This document shows, piece by piece, positions 49,741-59,479 of a stretch of 64,000 nt of DNA; the stretch's first letter is position 1, and every line of letters starts with the position of its first letter. Where the stretch lies: the NCBI GenBank assembly GCA_038882975.1, contig JAVZNE010000001.1:288001-352000 (forward strand), read 5' to 3'. The DNA is from Candidatus Bathyarchaeia archaeon. GTDB lineage: Archaea; Thermoproteota; Bathyarchaeia; Bathyarchaeales; Bathycorpusculaceae. The position numbers and the translations under genes are program-made. The notes below the pieces were generated by a model. That model was not told the origin of the DNA. It made no database searches and saw only the letters and a program-made list of their open reading frames with translations.

Positions 49741-50724
49741 TTGATGCAGAGTGGAAAACTTGAGAGGATAAAGCTGTATAAGGATCCGAATGTTCAGGTT
49801 TTCTTAGGTAAATTTTTAAGCGGCGAAATAAGCGAGCTAAAGCCCAGCTTCGACCCGAAGTTGGGCTACAGATATGCTGAAGTTGAGGCAATCTTGGGGG
49901 ATTCCTCAAAAGTTGAAAACTTCTTAAATGGACTTTTTGAGGCAAAGGTGATTGAAAGGAAGCTTTACGACAAAATACTGTACTGCCCCAGTTGCGGTTC
50001 GCAAAACGTTTCAACCCATTATTGTTGTCCCTACTGTAAGTCCTTCAATATACAGAAGGGTTCTCTGGTTGAGCATGTTAAATGCGGTTACATGGATGTT
50101 GAAGAAAACTTCAGAAAGGGCGGGAAGCTGGTCTGTCCAAAATGCCGCGAGGAGTTGAAGAAGCCGGAGGTGGACCATAGGAAGGCTGGGATATGGTGCA
50201 CGTGCAAGGACTGCGGTAAAAGTTTTGACATACCAGTTACGAGGCATTTTTGCAGAGAGTGCCAAGCAGACTTCACTTTTGAGGATGTGGAAATTCGCGA
50301 CGTCTATGCTTACACGCTTAACGAGGAAGTTAAAGGCGAAATAACAGCGGGATGGATTTTTGTCGCGCCGATAAAGGAGTTTCTCATTGAAAATGGGTTT
50401 GAGGTGGAGGCTCCAGCCTTTCTGAAGGGGAAGTCAGGCGCAAACCACATGTTTGACATAGTTGCTTACAAGAAGGAAATCACCAAAAAAGTGGCAGTCA
50501 TGGACGTGGCAACCGCGACTGAAGACGTGGTTTCGGAACAGCCAGTGATAGCCCTATTCGCAAAAATATATGATGTGGCGCCGGACAGCGCCTTTCTAAT
50601 AGCTATTCCAAAGTTAAATGACAATGCAAAGAAAATGGCTGAACTATACAACATTAAAGTTATTGAGGCTAGAGATTCAAAGGAGGTTATGAAGGCGCTT
50701 AAGGATAAACTGGGCAAGAAATAG
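49741..50724 (+). CDS. TackOD1-like multi-zinc-ribbon protein with C-terminal restriction-endonuclease-like domain
   Basis: CPSCGS, CPYCKS, HVKCG, CPKC, CKDC, CREC; GKSGANHMFDIVA. Confidence 0.7.
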   Translation: MMQSGKLERIKLYKDPNVQVFLGKFLSGEISELKPSFDPKLGYRYAEVEAILGDSSKVENFLNGLFEAKVIERKLYDKILYCPSCGSQNVSTHYCCPYCKSFNIQKGSLVEHVKCGYMDVEENFRKGGKLVCPKCREELKKPEVDHRKAGIWCTCKDCGKSFDIPVTRHFCRECQADFTFEDVEIRDVYAYTLNEEVKGEITAGWIFVAPIKEFLIENGFEVEAPAFLKGKSGANHMFDIVAYKKEITKKVAVMDVATATEDVVSEQPVIALFAKIYDVAPDSAFLIAIPKLNDNAKKMAELYNIKVIEARDSKEVMKALKDKLGKK

Positions 50725-50730
50725 GTTAGC

Positions 50731-53184
50731 CTAAAAAGTGTCTATGTTACCCCTCTCGGTGACGATTTTAACTGTGAAGTTGCCGGCTGGTGGGGGTATG
50801 TCCACCCTTATATAAGTTGCGCTTTCTCCAGAGTTTATGAAGAAGTTCACGTCGTAACGGATGTGGTGGGTTGCATTGATAACCCATAAGGAGACTATGT
50901 GGGCTGTTGTGGCGCCGCTGTTTTTTATTTCCACATGTATGCCATTGAGGATGACGCGGACTCCTACAAAATCGATGCAAACAAACGTTTGATTTTCGCC
51001 CGTGCCCTCGTCACAGAACATTATTTGGATGGCGCCGTCACCCCACAGGTAGCGTGTCCAATTTTTATTTATGCTTATGGTGTAATCATTCCATTCGTTA
51101 GGCGTAGGCTGGTCTCCCTCTGTAAAGTTAAAGCCCGCGTCACTGAAGATTTCAGAAGCCCAATCATACGCCCTTATAAACCAGCGTTCAGCAGCTTCCG
51201 AAACGTTGTATCTTACCATTATTTCAATGCCGTAAACGTGGTCTAATGGATACGTCGACAAGTCTATTGTGAACAGATTAGAGATTTCAAGCCGGTAAAT
51301 GTTCGATGAAGTAGCCTTAAGCTCTATCAAGTCGATTTTAAGGTTAAATGGTGTTGCCCCCTTTCCAGCTATTCTTATTTTCCAGCTTCCGTCGGCGTCT
51401 CTGAAGCGTGTTGGGTTGGCTGTTATTGTTTGGTTTACAGTTATGTCTATTGTCCCAATTATGGCGGTTATGTACCCGTCTCCGCTTGTGGAATATTCAT
51501 CTGCTTCATAGTCGTAGAGCTGAAATGTGACGTTAACCGAGCTTATGACGGATGAACAGTCAACTGTCCAAACAAGTTCCGACCAGCTTTGAGTGTTTGA
51601 AGTCCCCATGAGCTCGACTTGAACGTAGCTGTCGTCCCACGTATGCAATAAGACGCAATCTATTTGCCAGCTACTCTGCGTTCCATCATTTGATATCTCT
51701 GCGTCTTTAAACCTTATGGTGAAAATGTTTGATGTTAAATGGTTAGAGACTGAAACGTTGTTCCAGCTGTTTGCGGTCAATGCTTCAATTACTGTTATCC
51801 AGTTTGACCCGTTCCACACGTCAACTTTCAAGCTTTCAGAATCTAGCGCTCCCGTCTTAATGCACAATTCCTTGTATGTTCTGTTGTAGCTTGCATTGGT
51901 CCACTGAACTTCCAAATCAAGCTGGTAATTAAATTGAGGCTGAGGCTTTAAAGCAATTGTTGCCAAAAGTTTAGTTTGAACAGTTGCAGAGGCATATGTT
52001 AGATTTGTTGGTCCTGTTGCGCCGGCGGTTGCTTTGCCGCCATAAGCCACAAAGATTCCGCCGCCACTACCAGCCGTTGTCCCAGAGTCAACTGCCTCAG
52101 TAATTGGAGGGTTGGCTAAATTTGGGTTTGACCAACCTGAGGCGTGTGCCCCAGCGTTGTCTCTGGAATGCGCCCCAACTACAACAATAAGCGTATTAGG
52201 AACTGTGGTGGTTACCCCGTTAGCTGAAAGGGTGGTCACGGTGTTGTCTATCTGGTTTATTCCAGTGGCTATGGCATCCCAAGGTTCGCCGCTTTGAATG
52301 CAGCCTCTAAAGGCTAGTATGATTGCCCATTTATGGTTGCTACCGCCTGTAACTGTTGGGTTAGACTCCGAATTTGTGGCTCTTTTCCAGAAGACGCTTA
52401 AGCTTGTTGGGGCGGTTGAGCCTCCACTTATCGGAAAACCACTTACAGCACTCCATCCGCTTGGCGCATTAACGGGAGAGTTGCTTTCCACAAACAATAG
52501 GAAAATATCGTTTAGCTGCCATCCAGCAGGAAGAGTTGGAACGACGTTACCTATTCCACCAGCACCAGTTCCAGCACCTACATAAACTGGGATAGATGTC
52601 CCGACCGTATTAGCCTCTGTCAAATTGTCATATACACCATCTGGTCCAGCCTGCATTGCTGTAAAATTGCTATGTGCTCCAATGTCAGCTGAGCCGTCAA
52701 TATCGCTCTGTTGGTCGACGAAGTCCTCGTCATTGACAGCGTAGCTTCCGAAAGTCATGTAGGCGCCATTATTACTTTGCAAGTCTGATAGTGAGCCAGA
52801 AACATGGCTTGTGCCGCCAAGTAAAGTGAATGATGATGGATAAGAGTAATTGTGAGTTATTTGGGGCTCTTTTTTAAAAGATTCATAAAAGCTGTCTATG
52901 GCTCTTGTATCTGTATAGGTACCGCTTACTTTGCTTCCCCGTATTATTGAGAATTCGTTTTGGGCTGTGAACCATTTTGAGTGTGTTAAGCGGCTAGCGT
53001 TTGTTATGTTTATTGATTCACGCATCCTTTCAATGTCCAGCTGGTTCATTTGGTAGTTCCATAGCACCACGTTTGCAACTATAACTGTTATTAGGATTAG
53101 GCTTAGCATTACAACTAGGACGTTGCTTACGCCGTGCCTGTCATTTTTTAGCCTTTTAAGGCGCTTTATAATAGCCTCCAACAC
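50731..53184 (-). CDS. giant type IV pilin-like adhesin
   Basis: Class III signal RHG/VSNVLVVMLSLILI; C-terminal pilin strands KNSG...KIVTERGN. Confidence 0.8.
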   Translation of the reverse strand: MLEAIIKRLKRLKNDRHGVSNVLVVMLSLILITVIVANVVLWNYQMNQLDIERMRESINITNASRLTHSKWFTAQNEFSIIRGSKVSGTYTDTRAIDSFYESFKKEPQITHNYSYPSSFTLLGGTSHVSGSLSDLQSNNGAYMTFGSYAVNDEDFVDQQSDIDGSADIGAHSNFTAMQAGPDGVYDNLTEANTVGTSIPVYVGAGTGAGGIGNVVPTLPAGWQLNDIFLLFVESNSPVNAPSGWSAVSGFPISGGSTAPTSLSVFWKRATNSESNPTVTGGSNHKWAIILAFRGCIQSGEPWDAIATGINQIDNTVTTLSANGVTTTVPNTLIVVVGAHSRDNAGAHASGWSNPNLANPPITEAVDSGTTAGSGGGIFVAYGGKATAGATGPTNLTYASATVQTKLLATIALKPQPQFNYQLDLEVQWTNASYNRTYKELCIKTGALDSESLKVDVWNGSNWITVIEALTANSWNNVSVSNHLTSNIFTIRFKDAEISNDGTQSSWQIDCVLLHTWDDSYVQVELMGTSNTQSWSELVWTVDCSSVISSVNVTFQLYDYEADEYSTSGDGYITAIIGTIDITVNQTITANPTRFRDADGSWKIRIAGKGATPFNLKIDLIELKATSSNIYRLEISNLFTIDLSTYPLDHVYGIEIMVRYNVSEAAERWFIRAYDWASEIFSDAGFNFTEGDQPTPNEWNDYTISINKNWTRYLWGDGAIQIMFCDEGTGENQTFVCIDFVGVRVILNGIHVEIKNSGATTAHIVSLWVINATHHIRYDVNFFINSGESATYIRVDIPPPAGNFTVKIVTERGNIDTF

Positions 53185-53581
53185 GGTTCCCCCTAGTTGT
53201 CACAACATCTAGATAGTATAGGCTGTTCGACGCCCAACTGTATGTGATATTAAGCCAATTGTGGTCGCCCAATCCCAACTCTAGAGTTGGCGCTGACCAG
53301 CGAGTGTGGTTTATGTACACAGCTGATATGCGGATTGGCACTTTCCCAACGTTGCGAAGGTAAACACTTATTTGGCTTGTACCACCAACGCTGTTGAACC
53401 AGATGTCCTCTATGATTAAGCGTTCTCCCATGGTTTCGCGAAGGTTTGTTGTTATGACGTATGTGGTGGCGGCAGCTATTGACATGGCGGCAACAGCAAC
53501 AACCATGAGCAATAAGTTGCTCAACACGGGAGTTATAGCCCGCTTATCCGCAAAAAGCCTTAAAAGCCGCCGCCTGTTCAT
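53156..53581 (-). CDS. archaeal type IV pilin
   Basis: KRA/ITPVLSNLLL class III signal; ERLIIED, RNVG, VVTTRGN. Confidence 0.88.
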   Translation of the reverse strand: MNRRRLLRLFADKRAITPVLSNLLLMVVAVAAMSIAAATTYVITTNLRETMGERLIIEDIWFNSVGGTSQISVYLRNVGKVPIRISAVYINHTRWSAPTLELGLGDHNWLNITYSWASNSLYYLDVVTTRGNRVGGYYKAP

Positions 53582-53592
53582 GTTTAACCACC

Positions 53593-54420
53593 TTATAGGA
53601 AGATTTTGAGGGCTAAATAGCCACACACCATCATCACTAGACTATGCTTGAGCCCAGCGCTTACTGCGCCCTCGCCCATCTTTCCAGCCACCAAACCGCC
53701 GAAAAAGCCTTGAATCGCAGTCATATGCAAGAACAAGCGCTTTATTTCCGCTGGCGCCATAACGGCTGTTCCAAGCATCGGCAAGCCTTGTATTTCCACA
53801 AAGAAGGACTTGAAAAGCAGCACTATTGTGAATAGGAAGACGAAGAAAGCCACATAAATTATGGCGATGTATGGTCTTGTCCTGTTTCGCCGCTCCCTAT
53901 GAAGCATAAGTGTTGACTGGACAAACTTGCCCATAGGATCAAAGACCTTCTCCACATGCCCGCCAGAGCGGTTAGCCTCAATTATGAGCGGTATGGTTCT
54001 CTGCACAAGAACAGTGTTAACACGCCTAGCAAACGCTATTAGGGCTTCTTCCAAAGTCATGCCCCAAGAAATTTGGGCATTCATTTTCTGCAACTCAGCT
54101 GTTAACGGTCCGAAATCTCTTTTCGCCGCTTCTTCCAAAGCTCTGGGCAGCGTCATACCCGTTTCCTGTGCCTGCACAATGCTTCTGAAAAGGTCCGGCA
54201 AGTGCTCGTCTATGGCTCTCTTCCACTTGTAATCAATGTAGTTTATGATTGTTGGCGGTGTGAAGGCCGCAATAACCGCGAAAAACACAAACTCGTCAAA
54301 TAACATTGTACCCCAAGCCGTGAAAAACCCGAAAACTATTATGGACACTGCTAGGATAGCCGACGAAACCCAAACGATTTGCTTGACCGATTTCCCCACT
54401 TTGGGCATATGCTCTACCAC
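53593..54420 (-). CDS. type IV pilus platform protein (TadC/T2SS-F)
   Basis: LPDLFRSI...ETGMTL...DFGPLT...SGG; TM helices. Confidence 0.88.
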   Translation of the reverse strand: MVEHMPKVGKSVKQIVWVSSAILAVSIIVFGFFTAWGTMLFDEFVFFAVIAAFTPPTIINYIDYKWKRAIDEHLPDLFRSIVQAQETGMTLPRALEEAAKRDFGPLTAELQKMNAQISWGMTLEEALIAFARRVNTVLVQRTIPLIIEANRSGGHVEKVFDPMGKFVQSTLMLHRERRNRTRPYIAIIYVAFFVFLFTIVLLFKSFFVEIQGLPMLGTAVMAPAEIKRLFLHMTAIQGFFGGLVAGKMGEGAVSAGLKHSLVMMVCGYLALKIFL

Positions 54421-55409
54421 TTTGGCGAAACCGCGTCCAATATTAGGAGAAACATTATTGAGCCCACGGGAATTCCAATGTAAGTTAAGATGTTGAGCAA
54501 AAGGTCTGGACTTAAAAGTCCGAGACCGCCGCCACCCATCATGGCCATAACAGCCAGCATAATTATGAGAAGCAAGGGTCCAGTAACAAGTATTGCCACG
54601 TAAAACTCTGAAAGCATGGACAAAGTGTCAGAGAATTTGCGGAGGCTCATCCTCTTCAATTTCATGTGTTGCTTTGACTTTTCCCTCAAATAAGCAGCTA
54701 GGTTGCTTCCGGAATGAATTGTTGATATGAAGCCTTCAATCATTTCCCGAAACCTTTCAGACGGCGTGCGCTTCGAAGCTTGTTCTAAAGCTGAAATTAC
54801 GTCTAAGCCGAAGAGGTTCACATCCCTAATGATGTTCCTTGCCTCTGCAGAGACCGCCAATGGAATGGGAAGGTTTGAAAGCGAATAGAATATTTTCTCT
54901 GGTGGAACGCCAGCACTAGCCAAAATTGACATGTAGCCAGTCGTGAAAGCCAACTCGTCTTCGAGTTCCCTCTTAAACTTGTCAGCCCGATAAACGGGAT
55001 ACATGTAAAACCCAAGAATCGAAAAGGCGACAGCGAAGAGGCTTCCGCCTAAACCAAAAAGGAAGGCTGGAAAGATGGGCACATCAAACAGAAAGACCAG
55101 CAAGCATGGAACTACCACAAAAGTGGCAAGCGCAATCATAAGTGTAGAAAAAAATGTTAGGCTTATGTAAACCCTAAAACCAGTCTTAAGCCCAGCCCTC
55201 TGCAAGTGCAAACTCAAATCTTCAAAAAGAGGTAAAACCCAGCTGATTTTACCGCCCACCAGTCTATAGGCAACGGATTGGAGGCTTCCAGCCCTAACTT
55301 TCTCCTTTTCGTTCTCACTTGAGGCTTTCGAAGAGCGGATTTTCAATGTAAACTTGTTTAGCTTCGATAGAACCTTTTTAAAGGCTTCAGCGAGTTTTTG
55401 GTTTTTCAT
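54414..55409 (-). CDS. type IV pilus platform protein (TadB/TadC, T2SS-F)
   Basis: YMSILASAGV, GLDVISAL...RTPSERF; TM helices. Confidence 0.88.
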   Translation of the reverse strand: MKNQKLAEAFKKVLSKLNKFTLKIRSSKASSENEKEKVRAGSLQSVAYRLVGGKISWVLPLFEDLSLHLQRAGLKTGFRVYISLTFFSTLMIALATFVVVPCLLVFLFDVPIFPAFLFGLGGSLFAVAFSILGFYMYPVYRADKFKRELEDELAFTTGYMSILASAGVPPEKIFYSLSNLPIPLAVSAEARNIIRDVNLFGLDVISALEQASKRTPSERFREMIEGFISTIHSGSNLAAYLREKSKQHMKLKRMSLRKFSDTLSMLSEFYVAILVTGPLLLIIMLAVMAMMGGGGLGLLSPDLLLNILTYIGIPVGSIMFLLILDAVSPKW

Positions 55410-56956
55410 TTCAGTCCCATCCTTGCTCTCTGATAAACACGTGATGGGTTAGCGTAGTATTCTCGGATTACGTTGGCAACTTCGGTGTGTCTGCGGATGC
55501 CCCTCTTAACCATCCATTCCAAAACAGTTTTTCTTTGCTGCAATTCTCGCCTAACATCTTCCTCGTTTATATCCCTCTTCTTCATGTGCTCTTCAAGTAA
55601 AGAGCTGCGCCCCAAAAATTCAAATTTGTCCTCGCTGGCTTTCCACCTAAAAATCTCCTCCGTCATCAAATCCTTTGTTTTAGCGTCTAAGCCAACAACC
55701 TCCGTGGCGGTAAGCGTCCGCCTCACTGGTTTCCCCCCAATTTCAGTTCTTGCCATAACCAGTACCACGTCAATCATGGCTATGAGGGACCTCGGAATAT
55801 TCATGGGCTCTGATTCAAGGCGGTTTATTACAGCTTCAACCGATTCAGCATGGATTGTGCACATGCCCAAGTGTCCCGTCGCCATAGCCTGGAAAAGCGT
55901 GTAGGCTTCTTCCCCTCGTATTTCGCCTACGATTATGTAGTCTGGTCTTTGGCGTACAGCAGCCTTCAAAAGATCAAATAGTGTTATGCTTCCACTTCCC
56001 CTGTCTTCATGCCCAAAACCAAGCCGAACAACCGAGGGAATCCAGTTTTCATGGGGTAAATTAAGCTCCTGTGTATCTTCAACGCTTACTATCTTCATTT
56101 CAGGCTTTATAAACATGGATAGGCAGTTCAGCATTGTCGTTTTTCCCGCCGCTATACCGCCAGCGACGAGCACAGAAGCCCTGTTCTCTATAATGTACCA
56201 TAGGTATGCCGCCATATCTGACGAAAGGGTGTTGAAGGCAATTAGGTCAGAGATGGTTAAGGGGTCAACACGGAAGCGGCGAATGGTGAACGTTGAACCT
56301 CTGCGGGTGACTTCATTCCCATAAGTTAGTTGTATGCGGCTCCCGTCTGGAAGCGAGGCATCCAAAATTGGGGAAGCAATTGAAATGTTTTTTCCAGCCA
56401 AATATGCTAGGCGAATTATGAAGGAGTTTAGTTCAGCCTCATCTTTGAAAATTATGTTTGTCGGTAAAGACTCATACACGCGGTGCCAAACATAAATGGG
56501 TATGTTTACCCCGTCAGCCGATATATCCTCAATAAAGTGGTCCTTCATCAAAGGGTCTATCTTTCCATATCCAATAAAATCCCTTGTAATGTAGTAGAGG
56601 AGCTTGTCGATGGATTCCGGCGGGATTTTGATGTGGTATTTTTTGATTATTTGGGCTGCTTTTTCCTTTAGGTATTTTTCTGCTTTTTCTTTAGTTTCTA
56701 TTTCTTTTAGGTTTACGTCTATTTCCTCCATTAGGAGGCTTTTAATCTCTTTTAGAAGGTTTTCGTCTTCTTTTTGCAAGGTTGGTTCTATCACTTCGTA
56801 TTGGGTTTTCTGGGTTTCTGGATCTTTAACTATGGCAGCGTAGACGTAGGGTTCTTGTATTGGGTAGACTTCCCTGAAGACGGCTGGTTTTCTGGCTTTT
56901 CCTTCGATGATTATGCCTAGCTCTGTTTTTTCTTCGGCTTTTTGGGTTTCAGGCAT
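55406..56956 (-). CDS. type IV pilus assembly ATPase (FlaI/TadA family)
   Basis: GGIAAGKTT, VEDTQE, RQRPDYIIVGEIRG, TGH, TIHA; ATG at 56956 preferred. Confidence 0.94.
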   Translation of the reverse strand: MPETQKAEEKTELGIIIEGKARKPAVFREVYPIQEPYVYAAIVKDPETQKTQYEVIEPTLQKEDENLLKEIKSLLMEEIDVNLKEIETKEKAEKYLKEKAAQIIKKYHIKIPPESIDKLLYYITRDFIGYGKIDPLMKDHFIEDISADGVNIPIYVWHRVYESLPTNIIFKDEAELNSFIIRLAYLAGKNISIASPILDASLPDGSRIQLTYGNEVTRRGSTFTIRRFRVDPLTISDLIAFNTLSSDMAAYLWYIIENRASVLVAGGIAAGKTTMLNCLSMFIKPEMKIVSVEDTQELNLPHENWIPSVVRLGFGHEDRGSGSITLFDLLKAAVRQRPDYIIVGEIRGEEAYTLFQAMATGHLGMCTIHAESVEAVINRLESEPMNIPRSLIAMIDVVLVMARTEIGGKPVRRTLTATEVVGLDAKTKDLMTEEIFRWKASEDKFEFLGRSSLLEEHMKKRDINEEDVRRELQQRKTVLEWMVKRGIRRHTEVANVIREYYANPSRVYQRARMGLK

Positions 56957-57090
56957 CTGCTTCCCTTTTTTAGCGTTTAGGGTGGTGGCTGTTTTTCCGC
57001 AACTAATATAATATCGCAAGTCTTAATAAGCTATATGCACGCCTAATCCTTACCAAACTTAACAACACAAAATCGTTACAAAAACCGCAA

Positions 57091-57168
57091 CTACTTGTAT
57101 CGAGCTCTCCGCTTCTGCCTCTTCTTCTTCTGCCGCCTCATCCTCTTCTTTTTCCACTTAGCCCGGAT
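57091..57168 (-). CDS. rpl41e: ribosomal protein eL41 (eS32), 25 aa, probable ATC start
   Basis: (I/M)RAKWKKKRMRRQKKKRQKRRARYK matches eL41 MRAKWRKKRMRR; GGGGAGTG 6 nt upstream of the ATC. Confidence 0.85.
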   Translation of the reverse strand: MRAKWKKKRMRRQKKKRQKRRARYK

Positions 57169-57205
57169 TTCCAGCACTCCCCATAAACGCATAAACGCGT
57201 AAAGC

Positions 57206-57805
57206 CTACTCTATTGTGGCGTGCCTACGCCTTAAATCCTCTTCAGTTCTACCCATACGATGCATAAGCTCCACAATCAAACCATCCAAGAAAACCATGC
57301 AGTTATTCTCAAATATGCTTCCAAGCGGGGTTAGGGGCTCTCTTTCGCCCATAAGCTGCCTAGCCAAATAATCCTCCTCCCTGGGCCAACCAGCTTTAGT
57401 TCTGCCCTTAATCGTCACAACCAAGTCGGCTATTTGTCCCAAGGGAGATTCTGGGAAAGACGTTATTGCAACAACAGTCGCCCCGATTTCTTTCGCCGCT
57501 GAACTCGCTGTCAAAACCATTTTTGTTGCGCCTGTTCCTGAAATGGCTATTAGGAGATCTCCTTTTTCGGCGGCTGGTGTTATTGTTTCTCCTAGGAAGT
57601 AGACGTTGAAGCCTAAGTTCATTAAGCGAAGGGCGAAGGCTCTTCCAACGAAGCCGCTTCTCCCCATGCCGACAACAAATATTTTCTTGTTTTTTGCCCC
57701 CAACAGCAGCTGAATGAAGCGTTCAACCTCTTTTGGGTTAAGCTCTTCAATGGAGCTTTTAATCCCTGAAATGATTTCTTCTGCCGCAGCCTTTAACCAT
57801 TCCAA
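57206..57805 (-). CDS. hxlB: 6-phospho-3-hexuloisomerase
   Basis: SIS domain GMGRSG, GETITP, ISGTG, PLGSIFE, RHATIE; TTG at 57805 after GGAG. Confidence 0.92.
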   Translation of the reverse strand: MEWLKAAAEEIISGIKSSIEELNPKEVERFIQLLLGAKNKKIFVVGMGRSGFVGRAFALRLMNLGFNVYFLGETITPAAEKGDLLIAISGTGATKMVLTASSAAKEIGATVVAITSFPESPLGQIADLVVTIKGRTKAGWPREEDYLARQLMGEREPLTPLGSIFENNCMVFLDGLIVELMHRMGRTEEDLRRRHATIE

Positions 57806-57860
57806 GTTTTCAAGCTCCGAGAAACCCTTTACACGGAAGTCTGTGTTAAAAGTCTTGCGG

Positions 57861-58655
57861 TTAAACAACACCCATTAAGATTTCCTCTAAACGCGGAATC
57901 CTAAGATAAATGCGGATTAAAACCGCCGCGGCTAAAATGCCAATAGTCAGAAGCATGAAAACATAGTCTCCTCTGCGAAGTTTCAAAACGTATAGGTTTG
58001 TGCGCTTTTTAGTGGCTCCCCATGCTCGTGACTCCATGGCTTCAGCCAATTCTAGGCTTCGGCGAATTGCACTTACAATAAGCGGAATAAGAATTGGAAT
58101 GTAGTTTCTAACCCTTTTTAAGAAGTTGCCCTTCTCAAGTTCCAAGCCCCTTGCCTTTTGGGCGTCCATGATGGTTTGGGCTTCCTCGGCTAGGACTGGG
58201 ACGAAGCGCACGGCTGTTGTGAAGGCGAAACAAAACTCGTAGGGTACACGAGACTGTTCCAAGGCTAAGCCAAGATGGTCCGGCGACGTAGTTAAGAAAA
58301 ATATGGAGAAGGATTCAACAAGGACCACAAAACGCAGTGTCATGGCTAAGGCATGTTCCAAAGCTGACAATGTAACCACGTAGCCAGAGCTTGTGAAGGA
58401 GAAAATGAAGTTGACAAAGAATATTACAGATGCTAGAAAGGCTGCACCTCTCATGGAGCGAGCCCACTCCCGCTTGACGCGGGCGACGACAACAAAGGGA
58501 ATCTGTATCAAGAAAAGAACGATGAGCGGCAGCAGCTCCCAAAAAAGTATGGCGACAACAAAAATTACACATGCGTAAACAAACTTTATTCTTGGGTCAA
58601 GATTGTGGATGGGGGAGCTAACCCTTCTGAAGCGAAGTCCATCAAAAAAGCTCAC
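57861..58655 (-). CDS. ecfT: ECF transporter T component
   Basis: LDPRIK, AQKARG, AMESR. Confidence 0.92.
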   Translation of the reverse strand: MSFFDGLRFRRVSSPIHNLDPRIKFVYACVIFVVAILFWELLPLIVLFLIQIPFVVVARVKREWARSMRGAAFLASVIFFVNFIFSFTSSGYVVTLSALEHALAMTLRFVVLVESFSIFFLTTSPDHLGLALEQSRVPYEFCFAFTTAVRFVPVLAEEAQTIMDAQKARGLELEKGNFLKRVRNYIPILIPLIVSAIRRSLELAEAMESRAWGATKKRTNLYVLKLRRGDYVFMLLTIGILAAAVLIRIYLRIPRLEEILMGVV

Positions 58656-59479
58656 GCCTTATGCCTCCCTTGGAAGGCTTTCAGCAGAATTTCTCTAGCT
58701 TCGTAAACGTCTATGACGTCTTTTGGGAAGCCTAAGTCTGATAGGTTTATGAAGATTTGGGCTATTTGTGGTGGCACTATGGAGGCTTGTTCCAGTATTT
58801 CTGGGTCTGTAAGGATTTTTCTGGCTTCTCCGTCTGCAACTATTTTCCCGCCGCGCATAAGAACAACTCTTGGGCTGCATTCAGCCACAAACTCCACGTC
58901 ATGGGTCACGATAACAACGGTTTTTCCTTGAGCCTTCATCTGTAAAATGAATTGGCGGAGCCTCTCCTTCTGCTGGTAGTCCTGCCCAATTGTGGGCTCA
59001 TCTAAAATCAGAATTTTTGGGTCCCATGCAAGCACTGAAGCCAAAGCCACCCGTTTTCTTTCGCCTCCACTGAGCATGAAGGGCGAAGTCTTCCGGTACT
59101 GTGTCAAGCCCAGAAGGTTAAGCGCCCACTCCACCCGCTTTTCTATTATGTCTTGGCTGAAGCCGAAGTTTTTTAGGGCAAAGGCTATTTCCTCCTCAAC
59201 GGTTTCGCTGAAAAGCTGGTGGTCTGGGTTTTGGAAAACGAAGCCAACACTTCTTGCCAGCGTTGCCACACTCACTTTGGTTGTTTCCACGCCGTCCACA
59301 AGCACTTTTCCCTTGGTGGGCTTTAACAATCCATTAAAATGTTTTACAAGGGTTGTTTTTCCAGCTCCATTTTCACCCATTATAGCTACAAATTCTCCGT
59401 CTTGGATTGTTAGGGAAACCCCTTTTAATGCTTCCACGCCGCTTGGATACTTGAAGTAAACGTCTTGAACCTCAATCAT
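58652..59479 (-). CDS. ecfA2: ECF transporter ATPase
   Basis: GENGAGKT, FQNPDHQLF, LSGGE, DEPT. Confidence 0.92.
   Translation of the reverse strand: MIEVQDVYFKYPSGVEALKGVSLTIQDGEFVAIMGENGAGKTTLVKHFNGLLKPTKGKVLVDGVETTKVSVATLARSVGFVFQNPDHQLFSETVEEEIAFALKNFGFSQDIIEKRVEWALNLLGLTQYRKTSPFMLSGGERKRVALASVLAWDPKILILDEPTIGQDYQQKERLRQFILQMKAQGKTVVIVTHDVEFVAECSPRVVLMRGGKIVADGEARKILTDPEILEQASIVPPQIAQIFINLSDLGFPKDVIDVYEAREILLKAFQGRHKA

Noticed and set aside
50731-56956. Archaellum operon
   Set aside because: No flaH, flaF or flaG, and two separate platform genes; fits an adhesive type IV pilus.
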